The notes beneath the pieces were generated by a model. That model did no database searches, was not told the DNA's origin, and worked only from the letters and a program-made list of their open reading frames with translations. Position numbers and translations under genes: made by a program. This document shows, piece by piece, positions 50,951-59,249 of a stretch of DNA of 64,000 nt; within the stretch, counting starts at the first letter, position 1; each line of letters starts with the position of its first letter. This DNA is from a virus (lineage: Duplodnaviria > Caudoviricetes): positions 72,047-136,046 of the IMG/VR virus record IMGVR_UViG_3300028048_000069; one strand, written 5' to 3'.

Positions 50951-51797
50951 ATTATTAAAAGCAAATGAATGGAAAGTAGAAAGAAGACATCACGATACAG
51001 AAAATGGTGAAGATTATTACTATATATGGGGACCAGAAGGTGAATATTGTGATGCCGATGGCGAACCCTATCGTTTTGATAGTAGAGAAGATGCTTTAGA
51101 AGAAGTAGAATATTTAAAGTCTGAACATAAGTTTGATAAAAAATCTAGAAATTTGACCCGTTCAGAAAGACATAATAAAATGATGAATGGTATTTTTGAA
51201 TACAAAAATAAAATTGATAATGCCAAAGCAGAATTTTTAAAATCAAAAGGGTTGTCTGAAGAAGAATTAGAATACTTAAAAAAGAATACGGGTTTAGGAA
51301 GAGATGCTCTTGATGAAAAACTTATTGAACTTGGATTACATAAAGAATTTTGGAATACTCAAAAGAATGCTTCAAAAAAAGTAACTTCAAAATTAGAATC
51401 TGGAAAATGGTATAAAATAAATGGTAACCCATTATCTTTACAATTTACTGGTGAAACTACTCGTTCTGGTAATCTTATTTTTGTAAAAGCAGATGGAACA
51501 CAAGTGGTATTAGACCCAAGTGTAGAAAAACTTGCTGAAGAATTTGATTATGAAAAACATAACAAAATAGCATCCAAGAAAGTTAAATCAGGCGAAAGTT
51601 ATGGTTGGTATGTAGATGCAGGCGAAGCCTGGGATAAACTTCAACTGTGGATTGATACTGTTGGTGCGGAAGCAGCATTAGATGATATTGCACATGCTAT
51701 GGGCACAGACGAACTTTCTGAATGTTTAGCCTTTATCTTTAGAAATAATGACTTCAAAGAAGGTTGCTCTGATTATGAAGAAGAGGAAGATGAATAA
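50940..51797 (+). CDS. Leader-tagged protein 6 (putative polyprotein)
   Basis: MKFKLLKAN; internal KNASKKVTSK and KIASKKVKSG linkers. Confidence 0.6.
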   Translation: MKFKLLKANEWKVERRHHDTENGEDYYYIWGPEGEYCDADGEPYRFDSREDALEEVEYLKSEHKFDKKSRNLTRSERHNKMMNGIFEYKNKIDNAKAEFLKSKGLSEEELEYLKKNTGLGRDALDEKLIELGLHKEFWNTQKNASKKVTSKLESGKWYKINGNPLSLQFTGETTRSGNLIFVKADGTQVVLDPSVEKLAEEFDYEKHNKIASKKVKSGESYGWYVDAGEAWDKLQLWIDTVGAEAALDDIAHAMGTDELSECLAFIFRNNDFKEGCSDYEEEEDE

Positions 51798-52456
51798 TGA
51801 AATTTAAATTATTAAAAGCATCGACGAGTGTAAAAACAGTAGTTCCTTTATTTGATGGTTTTTATAATACCATTTTTGAAAATTATTGGAACAGCCAAGA
51901 AGAAATAGGAAGAGTATTTACCGATAAAGTAAATGAAAAAATAGGTAGCATATTACCTTCTTTCAGTTATACTTTTGAAAAAATTTATTCTCCTGCTCAA
52001 TACAATTATAGCACAGATGAAATTTATGCAACCGCTACATTTGATATGAACGAGTTGATGAATTATTTATCTGCTAATAAAAGTGCCTTTGATTCTTTTG
52101 CTCAAAGTAATTTTTCGAGTTATGATGGGTTTATTTCATTCGTTCCTAATAACTATGATGAATTTGTACAAGAATTAACATCCAAAGGTAGCAGTGATTT
52201 ATCAAGTTTTGTAGTTGGTGCTGTTGAATTTATTTTGTATAACGAATATGGAGATAATATTAAGAACGATTTAAATGAAGACACCTACTATGATATGGAT
52301 GTCCCAGAAGATGAAAGATGGGAAGTAGATGGTTTTACTTATGATACGGAAGAAGATGCTCGTTTAGAGTTTAAAAATGTATGTGAAAGTGAACCTTCTG
52401 AAGACCATGTTTTAATGTTAAACGACGAAGAAGTAGAATTTTATAAGGGTAAATAG
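51797..52456 (+). CDS. Leader-tagged protein 7 (acidic)
   Basis: MKFKLLKAS; PLFDGFY, SPAQYNYSTD, SSYDGFISF. Confidence 0.6.
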   Translation: MKFKLLKASTSVKTVVPLFDGFYNTIFENYWNSQEEIGRVFTDKVNEKIGSILPSFSYTFEKIYSPAQYNYSTDEIYATATFDMNELMNYLSANKSAFDSFAQSNFSSYDGFISFVPNNYDEFVQELTSKGSSDLSSFVVGAVEFILYNEYGDNIKNDLNEDTYYDMDVPEDERWEVDGFTYDTEEDARLEFKNVCESEPSEDHVLMLNDEEVEFYKGK

Positions 52457-52458
52457 TT

Positions 52459-52815
52459 ATGAAATTTATAAGAGTTTTAAAAGGTGGTTTAAGCCAAAGA
52501 GAGTTAGACCAAATAGGTGCTTTACCAAGCGATAAAGTAGGAAAGTATAATCTTTATCAAGGTCAAGGTGAATTTTATATAACTAAACATAAATTGGATG
52601 ATACTCTTGCTTTAATGGAAACTGCCGATACTTTTGAAGAAATCTATGATGCATATCGGTTAGATTTTGAAGAAAATCCTTTGGTAATAGATAAGAATTT
52701 ACAATCAGAATATGAAAACTATTGGGGTACAGAAATAGAATTAGACCCAGACATTGAAGATGACAATTTTGAAAATTATGGTTTTTATGATTTGAGTAGC
52801 CATTATGCAGATTAG
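52459..52815 (+). CDS. Leader-tagged protein 8 (very acidic)
   Basis: MKFIRVLKGG. Confidence 0.6.
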   Translation: MKFIRVLKGGLSQRELDQIGALPSDKVGKYNLYQGQGEFYITKHKLDDTLALMETADTFEEIYDAYRLDFEENPLVIDKNLQSEYENYWGTEIELDPDIEDDNFENYGFYDLSSHYAD

Positions 52816-52825
52816 GGAGTAAATA

Positions 52826-53173
52826 ATGAAATTTAAAGTTAAATCAGAACAAACAGTAGAAGTATCAATGAGTTGGTATTTGAGTTTATTGGAAAAGGAA
52901 CTTCAAAAAGCCAATGAAAGATGGGGCGGAGAAGCATCAGTTGCTTTAGCACCTAGATTATTGGAATTAATAGAAGATGTTGGACCTGGCCAGAATAGTG
53001 ACCCCGACTATATAGCCGATAACTTCGTTATAAATGGCGAATTTGTAGAAAAAGAAGAATTTAAAGAAGGCGGAGAACACGATTATTTTTATAAAAAATA
53101 TAATGGTGATTGGCAAGCACTATGTGATGATGCCCTAATTTATGACGAAAACTATGCTTGTATGCAATTTTAA
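52826..53173 (+). CDS. Leader-tagged protein 9 (acidic)
   Basis: MKFKVKSE. Confidence 0.55.
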   Translation: MKFKVKSEQTVEVSMSWYLSLLEKELQKANERWGGEASVALAPRLLELIEDVGPGQNSDPDYIADNFVINGEFVEKEEFKEGGEHDYFYKKYNGDWQALCDDALIYDENYACMQF

Positions 53174-53224
53174 AGAGGCAAAATAAAAAACATAAAATAA
53201 ACTCTTAAAAAATTAAAACACACG

Positions 53225-53262
53225 AATTAAAGCCTCTATACTATTTAGAGGCTTTAATTTTA
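53225..53262 (+). terminator. Inverted repeat / terminator
   Basis: AATTAAAGCCTCTA-TACTATT-TAGAGGCTTTAATT. Confidence 0.75.
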
Positions 53263-53285
53263 TGTATAAGGAGAATAAAGTAGAA

Positions 53286-53639
53286 ATGAAGAAAGTATTA
53301 GTAACAGCAGTATTAGTAACACCCTTACTCACATTCGGTCAAAGCAGAGTAGATACAACCATAGGCTCTTATGGGTTTAAACTAGCATTACAGCCAAAAT
53401 CTGTTACTCAAATGGATTTGCAAAATAATATACAAAGGCAAATTGTAAAGCAGCAGACTAAAGCGAAGGTAGAAAAGGCAAAGAAATTAACCAAAGAGCA
53501 TTGTACAGAAAATAAATGTACATTCAAACAAGTATTAAAGGCAGTATTTTTAGGCGGTAAATTTCCTTGGGAAACAGAAGAACAATACAAGGATAGGTTA
53601 CAGAGAAGTACACATCCTTCAAACTTGCCTTTTAAATAA
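53286..53639 (+). CDS. Secreted hypothetical protein (moron-like)
   Basis: MKKVLVTAVLVTPLLTFG signal peptide; gene bracketed by two terminators. Confidence 0.55.
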   Translation: MKKVLVTAVLVTPLLTFGQSRVDTTIGSYGFKLALQPKSVTQMDLQNNIQRQIVKQQTKAKVEKAKKLTKEHCTENKCTFKQVLKAVFLGGKFPWETEEQYKDRLQRSTHPSNLPFK

Positions 53640-53642
53640 CTT

Positions 53643-53672
53643 AAACCTAGACAATAAAATGTCTAGGTTTTT
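53643..53672 (+). terminator. Intrinsic terminator
   Basis: AAACCTAGACA-ATAAAA-TGTCTAGGTTT-TT. Confidence 0.85.
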
Positions 53673-53679
53673 ATTATCT

Positions 53680-53691
53680 TCATTTATATTT
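53680..53691 (+). promoter_or_regulatory. Putative late promoter TCATTTATATTT
   Basis: 44 nt upstream of the protease ATG. Confidence 0.7.
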
Positions 53692-53735
53692 ATAGAATAA
53701 TTATTTTATACCAAATTTGGAGATTTTAATTTAAT

Positions 53736-55400
53736 ATGCCTTTCAAAAGAATTGCAACTCTTGATATTAAACAAGTGTATGCTACTGATGAAAATGGAAA
53801 ATTTCAGTGGCGTAGTTTCGTAAAACAAGCGAATGATAACCCATCTCAAGATAGAACAGATTTCCTACCTAAAGATGCTTACAAATATGATACAAACCAT
53901 TTCTTATTTTTAACTGCTAGAGCCATTTCTGGTGGCGAAAAATGGGGACATAATGGTAACTATGATTACTTTCCTTGGGAAGAAATTAAGAAAGCATTAC
54001 CGACCTATCCTGGATGTGGTTTCTATATTGAACATAAAGAAGATAGTGAAGAAGATGCTAAAGGTATCGTATTAGATGCTTTTGCTAATGATGAAGAAGA
54101 GTATGCAGTTTGTTTATGCGCTATTGATAAAGATGAATACCCAGAGTTTTGCCAACAAATTTTAGATGGTACTTATAATCAAGTATCAATGTCTTGTTTG
54201 GCTAATGAATGTGAATGCTCTGAATGTGGTAATGTGGCTCATAGTTTTGATGAATTATGTCAACATATGAACCCTAATATGCCAGTTACTTATATGAAAG
54301 GTAAAACAAATGACAAAGGCGAAGATATATACGAAATTAACAGAGATTTATGTTTTAGTGGATTGTCGGCTGTGGCAGTTCCTGCTGATAAAGACGCCTT
54401 CGTATTTGACATTAAGGCTTCGAAGAAAAAAGAAAATAAATTACAAGCAGAATTGGTTAAATATCAAAATATCAAACAAGCCGCTAAAATGAAAGAATTT
54501 AGAACGGCCTGTGAAGAAGAATTTAAAGCATTAGATACAGTTGCTTTATTAAATAAACTTCAAACTTGTGCGAATGCTATTACAAATCAAGTAATGGATA
54601 ACAGTACAGGTGGCAGAGATATTATAAATGCCCCATTACAAGGTATTTTGAAAGAGTTAATGGAACTTCAAATCGGATTAACAGTATTAGATTTAAATAA
54701 ACTAGCAACTCCTTCTGTTGATAATACAGTAGCGGTTGAAGGTGAACCTGAAACAGAAATGCCAGAAATTACTACTAATGTTGAAGAAGAATCTAAATTA
54801 GGAGAAGGTCATATTCTTACTTATAAAGATTTAAAGAACCAATATAACGAAGAAGAAGAAGTTAATTTTGATAAGGAGATAAATTCAATGTTAAAACAAG
54901 CATCCTTCTATGAGGATTTCCAAAAAGACAAGTCAGGTACTGGAGTTATAAAAATAATTGATCAATTAAATGTTATGGCTAATGATCTTCGCGATTCTTT
55001 TACAAATAAAGATAATAGAATGGGACAAAGATCTACGAAAAGTATTGCCGAATATATAATAAAAAAAGCAGATAAATTGAAAGACGCTGCTATCAAATTA
55101 AAAGAAAGATATCCCGAAAAAAATAAAGTAGAACCTATATTTAATTTTGATAAAGAAATAGAATCATATGATAATTGGTCATATACTCCATTTAGTTCCA
55201 CTGCAAGCAAAGGAAGAAATATTAAGTATTTTGATAATACAATGGATATGTTGAAATGGATAAAACAAAATAAAGATTCCATTCAAAACGTAACCATAGA
55301 GATGAATTGTTTTGGAGATTCGTGCGCTAAAGTAACATATGAAACCTCTAAGGAAATAGACTCATCTTTAGATAAAATTATTGAAAAAACTTATAAATAA
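53736..55400 (+). CDS. Prohead (capsid maturation) protease with long C-terminal extension
   Basis: NGNYDYF, YIEH, KGIVLDA, VSMSC...CSECGN...LCQH, YEIN, SAVAVPADKDA: HK97/herpes-fold His/Ser protease with a Zn insert; upstream of scaffold and capsid. Confidence 0.75.
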   Translation: MPFKRIATLDIKQVYATDENGKFQWRSFVKQANDNPSQDRTDFLPKDAYKYDTNHFLFLTARAISGGEKWGHNGNYDYFPWEEIKKALPTYPGCGFYIEHKEDSEEDAKGIVLDAFANDEEEYAVCLCAIDKDEYPEFCQQILDGTYNQVSMSCLANECECSECGNVAHSFDELCQHMNPNMPVTYMKGKTNDKGEDIYEINRDLCFSGLSAVAVPADKDAFVFDIKASKKKENKLQAELVKYQNIKQAAKMKEFRTACEEEFKALDTVALLNKLQTCANAITNQVMDNSTGGRDIINAPLQGILKELMELQIGLTVLDLNKLATPSVDNTVAVEGEPETEMPEITTNVEEESKLGEGHILTYKDLKNQYNEEEEVNFDKEINSMLKQASFYEDFQKDKSGTGVIKIIDQLNVMANDLRDSFTNKDNRMGQRSTKSIAEYIIKKADKLKDAAIKLKERYPEKNKVEPIFNFDKEIESYDNWSYTPFSSTASKGRNIKYFDNTMDMLKWIKQNKDSIQNVTIEMNCFGDSCAKVTYETSKEIDSSLDKIIEKTYK

Positions 55401-55406
55401 GTTATT

Positions 55407-55418
55407 TCATTTATATTT
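55407..55418 (+). promoter_or_regulatory. Putative late promoter TCATTTATATTT
   Basis: 54 nt upstream of the scaffold ATG. Confidence 0.7.
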
Positions 55419-55472
55419 TTAACTAGGAATGTCCTAGGATTGATTTATTTTAATAACGGAGAATAACTCTAA

Positions 55473-57056
55473 ATGGCTAAAAGAAAAATCAAAGCTGAAG
55501 AAGAGGTCAAAGAAACAGCAGACCTCGAAAAAGACGACAAAGATTTAGAAGTTAAAGAAGAAGTGACAGAAGAAACTCCTAAAGCCGACGAAAAGGCCGA
55601 AGAAGAAAAACCTGCCACCGAAGAAAAAGAAGATCTTATCGTTTTATCAGATGGTGCCACAGTTGAAGAAAATGTTAAATTGACGGAAGAAGAAGCCGAC
55701 GATTTAGCAAAAATTACAAAGGCTGATGGTACTGAAATCTTCATTCAAACCCCAGAAGGTTCTGAAGAAGAAAAGAAAGAAGTTTATGAAGCTATCGTAG
55801 ATGCCGAAAAACCTGAAGAAGAAGTCGCTGAAGATTTAGAATCTGAAGTGAATGATGAATTAGGTGCTGAACCTTTACCTGAAACAATGGAAGAAATTGA
55901 TGGAGTGGCTTATGTTCCTGCTGCTTGTCATACTGCCCATGCTTCATTAAATAATTCTTATTATATCTTAAAACTTAAAGGCGGAAAATTGAAAGCCTTG
56001 AAAGCGGGTAAGATTTTAAATAAGCAATTAAAAGCCTCTATTATTAAGGCTTACAAAGAAGGTAAAAAATTGCCTGAAGCAGAAACAGTATTTAATAAAA
56101 TTGCTTCTAAAATTGGTTATACTTTTGGTGCTTTCACAAAATTAGCATCCAAACTTTCTAGAAAAGTTACAAAAAGAGTTGCTAAAAAGATTGCCAAAAG
56201 AATTATCCCTACAGTCGGAGACACTGTTGAAATGAATGGTAAAGAAATTAAAATTACTGCTTCTAAAAAAGGAGTATTAACTTTGGAAAATGGTAAAAAA
56301 TTATTAGCCAAAAGATTAGTGGCTACAGAATTACCTGATACAGTTCCTGGCACAGATAATGATAAAGCCGAAGAATTGAAAAACTTCTCAATTGATGAAA
56401 AAGATATTAAGAAGGAAAATATCGATTCTACAGTTGCTTTAGAAAAAGCCGAATTGGAAGAAGGTAAAGATGGTGTTAAAGCCGCAACTTCAAAAGTAAA
56501 ATCATTATACAACAGATTACCTGGTAAATCTGGTGTAGGTGATGAAGTTGAATGGGCTATGAAAGACTTTAATAAAGAACGCAATAAAACAAGCAAGACA
56601 TTGGCTTCTCAAATTAAAGCCTTGCGTGATGCTACAAAAGAAATTCGTGCTCAAAAAGAAGTAATTGCTTCTAAAGATGCCGAATTGAAAGCATTACAGG
56701 AAAAATTAGCGGCTATGAACTCTAAAGAAGAAACAATGATTAAATCAGCCAAAATTAACAAAATCTTGGCTTCGATGAACATTGAAGATGAAGAAGAAAA
56801 GGCCGCTATGACCGAAAAATTTGCTAAATATACGAAGGCGCAATTAGATGCTGTCTATGAAACTATGACCGCTTGCCCTTCTGAAGAAGCAACAGTTATG
56901 CACGAACGCATGATTAATGAAGAAATGAAAAAAGAAGCTAGCGCACTAAAAGGTTTCGTACCTAGTTTCACAATGGAAGAAGGAACAAAGATTTCTGCTT
57001 CCGACGAAATGGAAAAATTAGTTCTTGAAAGAGAATTAGATTCCATTGGACAATAA
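55473..57056 (+). CDS. Capsid scaffolding / core protein
   Basis: Highly charged E/K-rich protein with a coiled-coil C-terminus, between protease and capsid genes. Confidence 0.7.
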   Translation: MAKRKIKAEEEVKETADLEKDDKDLEVKEEVTEETPKADEKAEEEKPATEEKEDLIVLSDGATVEENVKLTEEEADDLAKITKADGTEIFIQTPEGSEEEKKEVYEAIVDAEKPEEEVAEDLESEVNDELGAEPLPETMEEIDGVAYVPAACHTAHASLNNSYYILKLKGGKLKALKAGKILNKQLKASIIKAYKEGKKLPEAETVFNKIASKIGYTFGAFTKLASKLSRKVTKRVAKKIAKRIIPTVGDTVEMNGKEIKITASKKGVLTLENGKKLLAKRLVATELPDTVPGTDNDKAEELKNFSIDEKDIKKENIDSTVALEKAELEEGKDGVKAATSKVKSLYNRLPGKSGVGDEVEWAMKDFNKERNKTSKTLASQIKALRDATKEIRAQKEVIASKDAELKALQEKLAAMNSKEETMIKSAKINKILASMNIEDEEEKAAMTEKFAKYTKAQLDAVYETMTACPSEEATVMHERMINEEMKKEASALKGFVPSFTMEEGTKISASDEMEKLVLERELDSIGQ

Positions 57057-57081
57057 ATTAAATTAAAGGAAGATAAATTAA

Positions 57082-57516
57082 ATGTTGAATAGAGACTTCG
57101 ACGCTTTAACAGTTAATGGTTTATGTGATCTTACCGAGAAAAACATTCTCGCTGGTTCTCCATTGACTTATGGTGCTAATGGTTATAAATTAGCCAAAGC
57201 TGGCGATAAATTCGCTGGTTTATCATTCAACTATTACTTCGTCGGTAAAGATGATGTGAATGGTGGTGAATGGTTTGCTGACTCAAAGAAAGTTGCAGTA
57301 GTGAAAGTTGCTCAAGTTACTTTGGGTGGTGACGAAATTGATGGTACGACAGTGTATCCATTCGTAGAAACAGATACTTATGAAGCTGGTGATGGCTTAA
57401 CAATCAATGCTGATGGTAAATTAGCCAAAGCTGGTTCTGATGAAGATGCTGTTGCTACAGTAGTTAAATTTGATGCTCAAAGAGCATTATTAACTGTTTA
57501 TGTCAATGTAAAATAA
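57082..57516 (+). CDS. Capsid decoration / cement protein
   Basis: 144 aa immediately before the capsid gene; YEAGDGLTINADGKL beta-tulip-like pattern. Confidence 0.65.
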   Translation: MLNRDFDALTVNGLCDLTEKNILAGSPLTYGANGYKLAKAGDKFAGLSFNYYFVGKDDVNGGEWFADSKKVAVVKVAQVTLGGDEIDGTTVYPFVETDTYEAGDGLTINADGKLAKAGSDEDAVATVVKFDAQRALLTVYVNVK

Positions 57517-57534
57517 TGAGGGAGAATAAATAAT

Positions 57535-58473
57535 ATGACAGAAAGAGAATTACAAATGTTAGCCTCCCTTATTACTGGGAAAGGCATGAAAAAAGAAGCC
57601 TCTGCCGAACAGAAGGCTCAAGATACAGCCAAGTTAAATGAATACTATGGCAAATTAATGCAACAAGGTGCTTTTGGGCAAAAGAAAGCCGCTGTGGCCT
57701 TCTCACAAGCCTTGAAAGTTCGTGTACCTTATGAAGCGGTAACTCCTAAAATCTTCGCTCAAGATAACATTTCTAACAATGTGGCTTGGGCTGATGTAGA
57801 GTTCCCAGAAATTGGTGCCTGTGTGGTTCCTTTCAAAGGTGCTCCTGCTCGCATTGAACGCGGTCCAAAACGTGTTTTCTATAACACCCACACCGCTGCC
57901 ATCAACTGGATTGTTTCTTACGACCAAGTATTCACAGCCGCTTACAATACTTTAGATGAAGCCAAAAACAAAGTAGCCATTGGGTTGGCTTTGGAATTGG
58001 ATACTGAACTCTTCAAAGTATTAGCCGCTGCCGCTTCTGCCAATGTGTATGGTGGTTATCAAGCCGCTACAATGTCATTAGATGTAATCAATGACATCCG
58101 CGCTGCTCAAATGGAATTATCCTTAATCACCACAGCCATTGTGATGCACCCAAGCAAATACTATGACTTGTTGAAAGTAACTCCTCAGGCTGTAGACCAA
58201 GTAACGATGAACACAATCATTGAAAATGGTTATGTTGGTCAGTTATATGGTATCAAATTCATCGTCAGCAAACTCTGCCCGAAGAATTTTGCCTATGGTA
58301 TTACTGCTCCTGAATATTTAGGGAAATATGTGTTGCGTCAACCAGAACAAATGAAAGTGACCGATATGCCTTGGAAACTTGAATATGTAGTAACTGGTTA
58401 TGCCAACTATGGTTTAGTGTTACACAACATTCCAGCCGTATTCCCTGTGGAGTTCGTGGAAGAATCAATCTAA
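57535..58473 (+). CDS. Major capsid protein (HK97 fold)
   Basis: 312 aa; LALELDTELF, AIVMHPSKYYDL, GYVGQLYGIKFIVS; strong high-expression codon bias; followed by a terminator. Confidence 0.85.
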   Translation: MTERELQMLASLITGKGMKKEASAEQKAQDTAKLNEYYGKLMQQGAFGQKKAAVAFSQALKVRVPYEAVTPKIFAQDNISNNVAWADVEFPEIGACVVPFKGAPARIERGPKRVFYNTHTAAINWIVSYDQVFTAAYNTLDEAKNKVAIGLALELDTELFKVLAAAASANVYGGYQAATMSLDVINDIRAAQMELSLITTAIVMHPSKYYDLLKVTPQAVDQVTMNTIIENGYVGQLYGIKFIVSKLCPKNFAYGITAPEYLGKYVLRQPEQMKVTDMPWKLEYVVTGYANYGLVLHNIPAVFPVEFVEESI

Positions 58474-58493
58474 TTTAACGATTAGATAATTAT

Positions 58494-58525
58494 AAGAACC
58501 CTCTAGCAATAGGGGGTTCTTTTTT
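58494..58525 (+). terminator. Intrinsic terminator
   Basis: AAGAACCCTCTA-GCAA-TAGGGGGTTCTT-TTTT. Confidence 0.88.
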
Positions 58526-58536
58526 CATTTATATTT
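58525..58536 (+). promoter_or_regulatory. Putative late promoter TCATTTATATTT
   Basis: Abuts the terminator U-tract; 29 nt upstream of the ATG at 58566. Confidence 0.7.
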
Positions 58537-58565
58537 ATATACTTTATTACAAAGGTGGAACTTAA

Positions 58566-59084
58566 ATGGCTACAGATAATTATTTGAAACCAGGTGCTTC
58601 TAGAATACAATGTTCAGTACAGCACAAAATTTTTGCAATTAATGATGAAGGGAAGAGAGTACAAGTTGGTGCTATTCAATCAATTACCACTTCCCAAACA
58701 AAAGATACTTATAGAACTTTTGAATTAGGTAATCCAGAATGTGTAGAAGTAACACAAGGTTTGATCACCGATATTAACTTAAATGTAAATAGACTTCGTT
58801 TACAAACATCTACTTTAATGGACCAATTTACTGGTAAAGGTGGAATTGAAGCCTTATTTGATGCTTCTTTACCATTCGATATTGAAGATGTAATTTTAGT
58901 ACCCGCCATCAATGCTGATGGTACAGTAAATCCTAGAAAAGATGCCTCAACAGAAAAAGTGTTGAAAGTATATAAAGATTGTACAATTTCAAATTATTCT
59001 GATACATTAAATACAACTGGTGATATCAGAGTAACAGAAACCGCTACAATTGTTGCTAGAAAGATTGAAACGCCTGATATGTAA
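58566..59084 (+). CDS. Tail tube protein
   Basis: 172 aa; VGAIQSI, ELG, PFDI, YKDCTI..YS, V.ETATI; adjacent to the sheath gene. Confidence 0.7.
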   Translation: MATDNYLKPGASRIQCSVQHKIFAINDEGKRVQVGAIQSITTSQTKDTYRTFELGNPECVEVTQGLITDINLNVNRLRLQTSTLMDQFTGKGGIEALFDASLPFDIEDVILVPAINADGTVNPRKDASTEKVLKVYKDCTISNYSDTLNTTGDIRVTETATIVARKIETPDM

Positions 59085-59112
59085 GCGTTTTAGACCCTTG
59101 TAATAACTTTAT

Positions 59113-59149
59113 ACCCCCTATATCATAAAAATGCGATATAGGGGGTTTT
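59113..59149 (+). terminator. Intrinsic terminator
   Basis: ACCCCCTATATC / GATATAGGGGGT-TTT. Confidence 0.8.
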
Positions 59150-59188
59150 AAGCGAATTTTCTGCATAATTTCATTTAAATTGTGAAAT

Positions 59189-59200
59189 TCATTTATATTT
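59189..59200 (+). promoter_or_regulatory. Putative late promoter TCATTTATATTT
   Basis: 49 nt upstream of the sheath ATG. Confidence 0.7.
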
Positions 59201-59249
59201 ATAGAACAAATTTGTTTTTAAAATCTTTTATAAGAGAGGAAGTAATTAA

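Noticed and set aside
57082-58473. Higher GC in decoration and capsid genes as horizontal transfer
   Set aside because: It is explained by high-expression codon choice (TTC, AAC, ATC, CGT, GCC) in core structural genes.
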